This document shows positions 52,698-61,151 of a stretch of 64,000 bases of DNA, in pieces. The first letter of the stretch is position 1. The number at the start of each line of letters is the position of its first letter. The notes beneath the pieces were generated by a model. That model worked only from the letters and a program-made list of their open reading frames with translations. It was not told the DNA's origin and searched no databases. The DNA lies in assembly GCA_050250195.1 (NCBI GenBank), contig JBFWPC010000011.1:8164-72163 (forward strand). Reading direction: 5' to 3'. A program made the position numbers and the translations under genes. The DNA is from Cyclobacteriaceae bacterium (lineage in GTDB: Bacteria > Bacteroidota > Bacteroidia > Cytophagales > Cyclobacteriaceae).

Positions 52698-55129
52698 TTG
52701 GTGAATTCTTGTCGTATTGTCCAACCCACGCAACCAAGCAGCACCAAAGCCATCAGCCACGAGGATGCAAATGTCACCTTATTGCCGATGGTGTAGGCCT
52801 TCGGTTCGAACCTGAACTCTATTGCATGCTCCCCGGCCGGCACCTCCAGCGCGCGCAGCACATAGTTCACTCTTTTAATAGATGCCTCCTGCCCGTCAAT
52901 TGTTGCACGCCAGCCTTTCGGATAATAGATTTCCGAAAACACGGCAAGCCCTGCTTCTGCGGACCTGGACTGATACCTCATCACAGGTGGTGACATCTCC
53001 TGCAGTTCAATCGTTGCCGCGCTATCATAACCAAACGAGGCAACGTTGAATTTTGATTCATCCATCACGGCCGCATTCTTGGTGTCCAACTCACACACCC
53101 GCTCCAGTTCTTCATTGGCGGAGGTCACTTTTACCAAATCCTTTACAAACCAGGCGGGGCCGTTTGCCTCCGGGTTCGTAACAAAATTATCTTTATCCGG
53201 ACCGTACAGCAGGTACCTGACATTAAGCATGTTGATGATCCCGTAGTTTTCAAACCTGGGGACGCCTTGTCGGAAATCGCGAATCATTTCATTTGTTTCA
53301 CGGAACAAACAGGAGTCATACAGTTCCTGGTATCGCCTGAGCTTTGCCCCGTGGTAGCCACCCACGGAGTGATGAAAATACGATGAGCTGCCGTCTATCG
53401 AGAAAGACTCTTGCAGGTTATAAACCCGATAGTAGGATTTGTCCTTTAGAATCTCCTCATCGGCCGCGCTGGCCACATGACGGGACGCCCGCTTTCGTTG
53501 ATAGTTATCGGTTGAGATATACCTTCTATCTACTACCGTGAGGTCGATGGCGATCAGGAAAATGAGCAATGCAAAGAATCCAAAAGAAGAAATGCGCTTT
53601 TGCACTTCGAAATAGAGGAGAGCAAACACGATGGCGATAAACGCGAACGAACGGATGGCATCGCCACGGAATAATTCCTGACGGTCGGCCTTTAACGCAT
53701 TCAGGAACCACGCGGGAAACTGGGATTCCCCCTCCGCCACAAAACCCATCATCCCTGCACCCAACCAAAGGACAAGGCATAGTCCACCCGTTGCACCGAA
53801 AGCAATCAGCAATCTCCTTTTGAATTCCGGTGTCAAACCCTTTTCCAGTAATTGCTCGAGGCCAAGCATTCCCAACAAAGGCATGGCGAAGAGGATGATG
53901 ATGAGGGCGAAAGTCACCGAGCGGAACTTGTCATAGCCCGGAAAGTAATCGAACATCAGGTAGTTGAACGAAGGGAAACTGCTACCCCAACTCAACATGA
54001 TGCTAAGGGCTGCCAGCGGCACCAGCCAATACACATATTTTCTTTCTGCCAGCAGTATCCCCAGCACAAACAGGAACACCACAATGGCCCCGCCATAATA
54101 CGGAGACGCCAGGGATTGCGGACCCCAGTAGGCACGTGTATAGGAAGCCAGCTGATTGGCCAAATTATTATCACCCGACTGAACGAGCGCACGATAGGTG
54201 TTGCTCTCCTCATCCTGAACAAAAAAATCACCGCTACTACCACCATAGAAGTTGGGAATCATCAGCGTCATTGGTTCACCGATGCCATTGCTGTAGGCAA
54301 AAGCATATTCTTTGCTCAGCCCACCCACCTGCGCGTTCGGATTCTTCAGGTCTGACGGACCACGAATGGAATACCTGCTGTATTCTGTAATAGCCCAGAA
54401 TTGACCGAAGAAGGTGGCCGCAGCAATCAAGGCAGCCGGAACGAGCAAGCCCACCGTTTTGAAAAGCTCACCAAGCCTTTTTTCGCGGGCGGCAATGATC
54501 AGTTGCATCAATCCATAACCAAGCACGATCAACACGAGGTAGTATGTCATTTGCAGGTGATTTTCGCGCAAGTGAAAAGCCAGTCCACCGGTGGTCACCC
54601 CAAAACCCAGTATTTTCTTACCTGAGAAGGTCAGGTGAATGCCCGCCATCACCAGCGGCATGAATGCGATGGAACCAATCCTGGCGTTGTGGCCAGCCAG
54701 CAGTCCAATAATCAGATAGGATGATAATCCAAATGCCAGTGCTCCGGCAATCGCGAGCATGGGACGCATGCGGAAGGCAAGCAACATGATGTAGTAGCTG
54801 AGAAAAGCCCAATAAATATTGACTACGGGATGAGGCAAGCCAAACGACAACGCTTTCTTCATTCCCACAATCACACCATCGCTCCAATCCAGGTTAACCA
54901 AATAGGCGGGCATGCCACTAAACATCGAGGGCGTCCACAGTCCTTCGTTTCCTGTGGCTGCACGATAATCTCTTAACGCTTTGGATGAAGCCTCCCACTG
55001 TGCAATATCGTGTTGGCCAAGGGTGCGATTGTCGAAGAAGACCGGATTAAAAAACAAAATGGTCACCAACAGGAAGACCAGGATAGCCAGGATGTGAGGG
55101 AGGATATGATCTTTGAAACGAATCTTCAT
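52694..55129 (-). CDS. large polytopic membrane protein, YfhO-like
   Basis: About 811 aa from MKIRFKDHILPH. It has many TM helices in the first 550 aa and a soluble C-terminal domain ending with a final TM. The family call is from overall architecture. Confidence 0.6.
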   Translation of the reverse strand: MKIRFKDHILPHILAILVFLLVTILFFNPVFFDNRTLGQHDIAQWEASSKALRDYRAATGNEGLWTPSMFSGMPAYLVNLDWSDGVIVGMKKALSFGLPHPVVNIYWAFLSYYIMLLAFRMRPMLAIAGALAFGLSSYLIIGLLAGHNARIGSIAFMPLVMAGIHLTFSGKKILGFGVTTGGLAFHLRENHLQMTYYLVLIVLGYGLMQLIIAAREKRLGELFKTVGLLVPAALIAAATFFGQFWAITEYSRYSIRGPSDLKNPNAQVGGLSKEYAFAYSNGIGEPMTLMIPNFYGGSSGDFFVQDEESNTYRALVQSGDNNLANQLASYTRAYWGPQSLASPYYGGAIVVFLFVLGILLAERKYVYWLVPLAALSIMLSWGSSFPSFNYLMFDYFPGYDKFRSVTFALIIILFAMPLLGMLGLEQLLEKGLTPEFKRRLLIAFGATGGLCLVLWLGAGMMGFVAEGESQFPAWFLNALKADRQELFRGDAIRSFAFIAIVFALLYFEVQKRISSFGFFALLIFLIAIDLTVVDRRYISTDNYQRKRASRHVASAADEEILKDKSYYRVYNLQESFSIDGSSSYFHHSVGGYHGAKLRRYQELYDSCLFRETNEMIRDFRQGVPRFENYGIINMLNVRYLLYGPDKDNFVTNPEANGPAWFVKDLVKVTSANEELERVCELDTKNAAVMDESKFNVASFGYDSAATIELQEMSPPVMRYQSRSAEAGLAVFSEIYYPKGWRATIDGQEASIKRVNYVLRALEVPAGEHAIEFRFEPKAYTIGNKVTFASSWLMALVLLGCVGWTIRQEFTK

Positions 55130-55218
55130 TGCCCAAAAGGTTGACCGTGCAAAATAGCAAGTAATATCCTTAAATTCCCATTTGCTTATCTTTAAGCCAT
55201 ACCGCAGTAACTCAATCA

Positions 55219-57618
55219 ATGATCATGAAAAAAGTATTGTCGCTTTCGTTGTTCGCCTCGATAGCCGCTTTCCTTTTTGTTTGCAAGTCCCCTGACCGAC
55301 CGGCTGAGTCCCTCCAACTTCTGCTGGACGATTGTCCTTCCATCACCGGCAACGGTGATTATCTGGGGACGCCTTACGTAACCGCTGGTGATCGTTTGTA
55401 TTTGGTCGGACATCAGGATGGTACTTTCCCCGACCTGGGCTGGCATATCGAAGGCGAAATGGGCGGCATCTGGGATCACCCGATCAAACTCATGGATGGC
55501 TTTTCCATAGGTATTCTTGAGCAGGATAAAATGACATGCCTTGATCGCGCGAAGACTTTCATCAACTACCCGGTTGGCAATAAGTTGGTCTACAACCTGG
55601 ACGCAGATCAAATCACGATTGCCAGAACACAGTTTGTACCGGACGGAATGGAGGGCGTGGTGATCGAACTGCAAATCCAAAATCACCGCGATGAAGCCCG
55701 GGAATTCACTTTGGTATTCAGTGGCATGGTTGACTTGCGGCCTACCTGGCTGGCCGATAGCCTGGGCATAGTCGATGGTCCCGATTTGTATGCGTGGGAA
55801 GAGGAATCCAATGCCATCGTAGCCAAGGATTCACTCAATGATTGGTTCGTGGTATTTGGCGCAAACCGGCAATCACAACCCACGGAATCTTCCGGTTGTA
55901 CACAACAGCGCAAAGGCAAACGGCCAGACGCATCATTCAGTTCCAAAACATCGGTGAAGGCGCACGGCACTGCTACAATCCGATATTTTATTTCCGGATC
56001 GCATGAAAGCCAGGACGATGCCCTCGCCACGATGAAGCGTCTGAAGGATCACGCCACCGAATTACTAAACGAGAAAATAGAGCGCTATCGGAGCATTGAA
56101 AGTCAAGCCAAGCTTTCTGTTCCCGATACCGCCATCGCAAAGCTCTACGAGTGGGTGAAGTACAATACCGATTGGCTCATTCGCGATGTGGAGGGCGTAG
56201 GCCGCGGACTGTCTGCCGGGTTACCCGATTATCCCTGGTGGTTTGGTGCAGACAATTGCTATGCGCTGCAAGGATTGTTATCCACCGGCCGGTTTGATGA
56301 AGTAAAGACAACCATTGACCTGATCTATCAATTATCAGAGAAAAGAAATGGAAATGGCCGCGTAGTTCACGAGGTATCGACCAATGGTGTCACCTACAAT
56401 CCCGGCAACTTGAATGAGACACCACATTTCGCTGTGCTCATCTGGCAAACCTATGCCTGGACCGGTGACCGCGAGTTTCTGGAAAAATACTATCCATTTG
56501 TAAAGAAGGGACTTGACTGGCTGGAATCGCAGGATCATGATGGAAATGGATATCCCGATGGGGCGGGCATGATGGAAATTCCAGGGTTGCACAGCGAGAT
56601 GATCGATGTGGCGGTATACACGCAGCAGGCATATCAGGCTGCATCGCTGATGGCCAACCAATTGGGGGACAGCAAATCGCAACAGGCATTTGAAAAAAAG
56701 GCCAGCGAGTTGCGCCAGGAGATTAATGAAAATTGGTGGAGCGAGGGCGCCATGTCGTTTGTTGACTTCAAGTCTACCAAACAAGACGCGCTCACACTGA
56801 TCGACCAGGCGATTGTCCGCGCAGACACGTTAAAAAAGCCCTGGGCGGTGGATGAGCTTAAACAAACCAGGCAGCGGGTGCTGCACAGCACAGGCCAGAA
56901 TGGATTTGTCGTTCATCACAATTGGGTGGTAAACACGCCCATTGAAATGCGCGTGGCCGATGACACAAAAGCACAACAAGCACTAGCTACAGCCCGTAAA
57001 TACACCAACCGATTTGGCATGTATGTAACAGGCATCGACCGGGATGAAAATGTTTCGTCAACCGAAAAATGGAAGTCATTCAGCTACGTGGGAGCGGTGA
57101 TGACCTTACCAACAGGAGTGCAGGCCATTTCGGAAGCATCCTATGGAAATCCAGACCAGTCCCTCGACTACCTGAAAATGCTAAACAACTCCTTTAGTTA
57201 TGCTTTGCCCGGTTCGCTTTACGAAGTAAGTCCCGACTACGGCATGTTTGTTCAGGCTTGGACGATCTACGCAGTGGCTGTACCGATCATAGATCATTTC
57301 TTTGGCATCAAGCCTGCGGCTTATGAGAAGCGAATCATCATCCAACCGGATATGCCAGCTTCCTGGGACAACGCTTCTTTATCAAACGTAGCGGTCGGAG
57401 AAAACGCAATTGGTGTTGTGAAGACCACCAGCGATCGCGTGGTCCAATATTCCGTGCGCCAGTCGGTGGCAGATTGGACGATCGTGTTTAGAACCGGGGC
57501 GCAGACTGGTGCCTCCTACGAGGTAAATGGCAGCGTAGTGGAACCCACCGTTGATGGTCAGTTTCACGAACTGCTTCTCACCGGTATAGAAAACAACATT
57601 AAAATATTAGTTCGATGA
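55219..57618 (+). CDS. secreted glycoside hydrolase-like protein ((alpha/alpha)6 barrel, GDE_C/GH15-like)
   Basis: 799 aa with a signal/lipoprotein-like N-terminus (FVCKSP). The central region has DYPWWFGADN and a W/Y-rich six-hairpin-like pattern. The exact family is uncertain. Confidence 0.6.
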   Translation: MIMKKVLSLSLFASIAAFLFVCKSPDRPAESLQLLLDDCPSITGNGDYLGTPYVTAGDRLYLVGHQDGTFPDLGWHIEGEMGGIWDHPIKLMDGFSIGILEQDKMTCLDRAKTFINYPVGNKLVYNLDADQITIARTQFVPDGMEGVVIELQIQNHRDEAREFTLVFSGMVDLRPTWLADSLGIVDGPDLYAWEEESNAIVAKDSLNDWFVVFGANRQSQPTESSGCTQQRKGKRPDASFSSKTSVKAHGTATIRYFISGSHESQDDALATMKRLKDHATELLNEKIERYRSIESQAKLSVPDTAIAKLYEWVKYNTDWLIRDVEGVGRGLSAGLPDYPWWFGADNCYALQGLLSTGRFDEVKTTIDLIYQLSEKRNGNGRVVHEVSTNGVTYNPGNLNETPHFAVLIWQTYAWTGDREFLEKYYPFVKKGLDWLESQDHDGNGYPDGAGMMEIPGLHSEMIDVAVYTQQAYQAASLMANQLGDSKSQQAFEKKASELRQEINENWWSEGAMSFVDFKSTKQDALTLIDQAIVRADTLKKPWAVDELKQTRQRVLHSTGQNGFVVHHNWVVNTPIEMRVADDTKAQQALATARKYTNRFGMYVTGIDRDENVSSTEKWKSFSYVGAVMTLPTGVQAISEASYGNPDQSLDYLKMLNNSFSYALPGSLYEVSPDYGMFVQAWTIYAVAVPIIDHFFGIKPAAYEKRIIIQPDMPASWDNASLSNVAVGENAIGVVKTTSDRVVQYSVRQSVADWTIVFRTGAQTGASYEVNGSVVEPTVDGQFHELLLTGIENNIKILVR

Positions 57619-58058
57619 GCAGGTTAATCATTGGCTTGTGCTGGCTTGGCGCGATGATGGCAAGCCATGCGTTCGCTCAAACAAAAGATCGAAAAGGCGC
57701 TGTCACCATCATCAAGTCGATCATGAGCGCCCAGGAAGAAGCCTGGAATCGTGGCGATCTTGAAACGTTCATGGAAGGTTATTGGAGATCAGACTCGCTG
57801 CAATTCATTGGCTCGCGAGGCATCAACCGGGGTTGGCAAAACACATTGGATGGTTACAAGAAGGGCTATCCTACCCGTGAAGCCATGGGCACGCTGCGAT
57901 TCGAAATTTTGCAGTACAAGCCGATCGGCAATAAGGCCGTGCTGGTAACAGGGAAATTCTTTCTTAGTCGATCCATCGGAGATCTTAGCGGAATCTTCAC
58001 GCTGCTGTTTCAGCGCAAGAAAGGAAAGTGGGTGATTGTCTATGATCACACCTCATGA
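57615..58058 (+). CDS. DUF4440/SnoaL-like (NTF2 fold) protein
   Basis: 147 aa with a signal peptide. AWNRGDLETFMEGYW...KGKWVIVYDHTS is the typical pattern. Confidence 0.65.
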   Translation: MSRLIIGLCWLGAMMASHAFAQTKDRKGAVTIIKSIMSAQEEAWNRGDLETFMEGYWRSDSLQFIGSRGINRGWQNTLDGYKKGYPTREAMGTLRFEILQYKPIGNKAVLVTGKFFLSRSIGDLSGIFTLLFQRKKGKWVIVYDHTS

Positions 58059-60242
58059 CTCGTCTTCGGGCATCTGCACCTTAATCTCAGCCCGTCTGTT
58101 GTATTGATGCTCGGTTTCGTGGCATTCCACGCCATCGCTGCAACGGTTGAGTAACAGCTCTTCCCCGAAGCCAATCGCTTCAATGCGGGAGCTCGCAATA
58201 CCTTTAGCAACAAAATATTTTACCAACTCTGCCGCACGCCTGTTACTCAGCCTCAGGTTGTATTCGTTCGTTCCTTGTGCATCGGCATGCGCTCCAATGT
58301 AAAGGGTTGCCGCAGCGTTCTTCTTCAATGTGTAAACCAGTTGATCCAGTTCTGAGAAATAGTTCTTCTCCACCCGGTGTTTGTTCAACTCAAACAGCAC
58401 CAGCGCCTTTTCCACAAACCGTTCCTCCATCAGGATGTCGTTCTTTAAGTCTCCGGAGTAGATGCCTTTCGTATTCAAATTAAATCCATTGTCCAGAAAG
58501 CCGTGTTTGGTGGCCGACAGCACATAACGCCTTTCGGGAATCAACTTGAATTGATAAGTTCCCGTGGAATCGGTAGTGATCGAGCGCTCCGTGCCATCAC
58601 TCAAATTCTTCAAAACCAATGCAGTACCCGGCAAGAGTTGCTGGCTTTCATTGCTGAACACGCGCCCAGAAAGTTGAAGGTTCTGTCTCCACAGGGCAAT
58701 CTTGAAACTGTCCACCCCCATCGCTCGCGTCCATGTCGAGTAGCGGACAGGCGCGATCATTTCGTGGTTTTCTTTCTCGGCCGTGAACACATAATCCTGA
58801 TCAAAATCAAGGTCCTTGCTGAAATAGCCCTCATCGTCAGCGTTGAGCGTAAAGAGTCGATTGCCCAAGGTATCGCTCACATGAATAATGGCGTTGGGGA
58901 TCCCCTTCGTGGAATCATTGCGATCGATGGACCGCCCGACCATGAAGAATGACTTCACTTTGAAACTGTAGATATCGTCATAGCCTTTTCCACCGGCACG
59001 ATTGGTAGAGAAGTAGCCGGTGCGTCCCGACTGGTCCGCGATCAACGCAAAGTCATCGTGGCTTGAGTTGAGCGGATATCCAAGATTCTCCGGAAAGCTG
59101 AACTTTCCATCCCTGAATTCGCTCACGTACAAGTCCAGTCCACCCAGACCACCGTGCCCGTTCGAGGCGAAGTACATGGTGCTGTCGTTCACCAAGTACG
59201 GGTAAAACTCATTGCCAATGGTGTTGATGTCATTCCCCAGGTTCGTGGGTTTAGACCAGCTATTTCCGTCTCGCTTGCAGAAATAAATATCGGTACCACC
59301 GTAGCCGCCAGGCATGTCCGACACGAAGTAAAGCATACTCCCATCTTCTGATACCCAGGGGTGGCTGATCGAATAATCATCGTGGTTGTATTGAAATGAC
59401 TCAACAGGCCCCAACTTGCCATCGTTGCGAATCCGGGCAAAGTACAGCTTCAGGTTAACCCTGCCCCGCCCACTGGCCACTGCTTTCTTGCCTTTCATGT
59501 TGCTGCGTGTGAACACAACTTGTTTCTCCCCGTCAAAGAAGGCCACAGGGCCATCGTGATAGGCCGTGTTGAGTTCTTCGAATTCAAGCGGCTCCGCGTC
59601 ATCACCTTCGGGCGTTGGCGAACTGTAGTACAAATTCAGCATCGCCTCATTGTCATTCAAAGCAGTGGTCGGACGCTTCTTGATAAACAGATCGCGGTCA
59701 CGGGCTGACATAAAGACCACTCCATTTTTATAGTAAGTTGGGGCAAAGTCCGACTGGTCTGAGTTGAAATATTGATTCTCAATATTATAGAGCAGGGAAT
59801 CCCGGTAGTAGTAGCTGATATAAAAAATGAAGTCGTGCTTCATCTGCGCCTGGGGATTATCGCGTTCAGCTGCCATGTATTGAGAGAACCATTGTTGGGC
59901 ATCGGCATACTTACCCTGAATGCTGAGCACCTGACCATAGTGATACTTGTGAAGCGGTGTTGATTGCGGGTTGTTGGCCAGCAACCCATACCAACGGGCC
60001 GCCTCGTCTATTTGCCCCAGTCGCACGTAACAATCTGCAATGCGATCCTGAATCACCAAATTGGCTGGATCTTTTTCCATGGCATACAAATACAATTCGA
60101 GGGCATTTCGATAAGCCAAATGCTCATATTGGATCTCAGCCTTTTCGAATGGACTCTTGAACAACGAAGCGATATTCGTGCTTTGAGCCCAAACCAGTTG
60201 AACTGACACACATAAAGAAAATATCAAAACCTTCCGCATCAC
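58053..60242 (-). CDS. OmpA-family protein with TPR, beta-propeller-like and CarboxypepD_reg-like regions
   Basis: 729 aa. C-terminal OmpA domain (GHADAQGTNEYNLRLSNRRA). This architecture is typical of the OmpA partner found next to PorP/SprF genes. Confidence 0.85.
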   Translation of the reverse strand: MMRKVLIFSLCVSVQLVWAQSTNIASLFKSPFEKAEIQYEHLAYRNALELYLYAMEKDPANLVIQDRIADCYVRLGQIDEAARWYGLLANNPQSTPLHKYHYGQVLSIQGKYADAQQWFSQYMAAERDNPQAQMKHDFIFYISYYYRDSLLYNIENQYFNSDQSDFAPTYYKNGVVFMSARDRDLFIKKRPTTALNDNEAMLNLYYSSPTPEGDDAEPLEFEELNTAYHDGPVAFFDGEKQVVFTRSNMKGKKAVASGRGRVNLKLYFARIRNDGKLGPVESFQYNHDDYSISHPWVSEDGSMLYFVSDMPGGYGGTDIYFCKRDGNSWSKPTNLGNDINTIGNEFYPYLVNDSTMYFASNGHGGLGGLDLYVSEFRDGKFSFPENLGYPLNSSHDDFALIADQSGRTGYFSTNRAGGKGYDDIYSFKVKSFFMVGRSIDRNDSTKGIPNAIIHVSDTLGNRLFTLNADDEGYFSKDLDFDQDYVFTAEKENHEMIAPVRYSTWTRAMGVDSFKIALWRQNLQLSGRVFSNESQQLLPGTALVLKNLSDGTERSITTDSTGTYQFKLIPERRYVLSATKHGFLDNGFNLNTKGIYSGDLKNDILMEERFVEKALVLFELNKHRVEKNYFSELDQLVYTLKKNAAATLYIGAHADAQGTNEYNLRLSNRRAAELVKYFVAKGIASSRIEAIGFGEELLLNRCSDGVECHETEHQYNRRAEIKVQMPEDES

Positions 60243-61147
60243 TAAAAATAACGTGGCGTTACTATGCCCCTCATGTTGAATTTGAATCGATAATTAATCA
60301 ACAACTCGTGCGAACCAATTTCTGCTGTTCGCACCGTGCCGGTATTGAGTGTATAGGAATAACCAATTCTAATTTGATCGGTTGCCTGAAGTTCGGTAAG
60401 CAATGTGATGGCATTGGAAAACCGATACGATAAGCCTGCCCACAAAACCTCATCGAAAAGCATGTTGGCATTCAATTCAAACTCCACGGGCCGGTTGTCT
60501 GCAAACTTGAACAAAAAGTTAGGCTTGAGCTTGATCATCTCGTGCAGGGTAATCACATAACCGCCAGTGAGGATCACCGGTACACTCTGATAGACCGTTC
60601 GGAAATTTGTGCTGCGACTGAAAACATTGTTAACGATGTGCGGCATCGATATGCCCGCATAGAACAAGTTGGTACTATAAAAAAGACCTGCGCCAATGTT
60701 GGGTCTTGTTTGCGTTACGTCTTCGTTAAAGAGCACATCGGGTTGATAAAGCTCGAGCTGTGAGTACGATGCCCGGTAAGAACTAAAGCCCGCCTGGATT
60801 CCCATGGAGAGCTTGGCCCCATTCGGCATGGGCAGCCGATACACGTACATGCCATTCAGACCCGTCTGGCCAATTACGCCAATCTTATCATGCACTACCA
60901 AGAGACCAACCGCCACCCGCTCATTGGGCAGGGGAGAATGAATGGCGAGCGACTGGGTATTTGGTGCACCACTGAGGCCCACATTTTGAAACCGCGCCAG
61001 TGCACTCACACTCAACGCTTCATGGGTGCCCGCATACGCAGGATTGATGGCCACTGCATTGAACATGTACTGCGCATAGGTTGCCTGTTGCTGTGCTGCT
61101 ACCTTGCCAGCAATCAAAATCAACACGATGACAACGCTCTTTTTCAT
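60242..61147 (-). CDS. PorP/SprF-family type IX secretion membrane protein
   Basis: 301 aa. N-terminal YAQYMFN..AINPAYAG motif and beta-barrel pattern, directly downstream of a T9SS type-B cargo gene. Confidence 0.88.
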   Translation of the reverse strand: MKKSVVIVLILIAGKVAAQQQATYAQYMFNAVAINPAYAGTHEALSVSALARFQNVGLSGAPNTQSLAIHSPLPNERVAVGLLVVHDKIGVIGQTGLNGMYVYRLPMPNGAKLSMGIQAGFSSYRASYSQLELYQPDVLFNEDVTQTRPNIGAGLFYSTNLFYAGISMPHIVNNVFSRSTNFRTVYQSVPVILTGGYVITLHEMIKLKPNFLFKFADNRPVEFELNANMLFDEVLWAGLSYRFSNAITLLTELQATDQIRIGYSYTLNTGTVRTAEIGSHELLINYRFKFNMRGIVTPRYF

Positions 61148-61151
61148 CGAA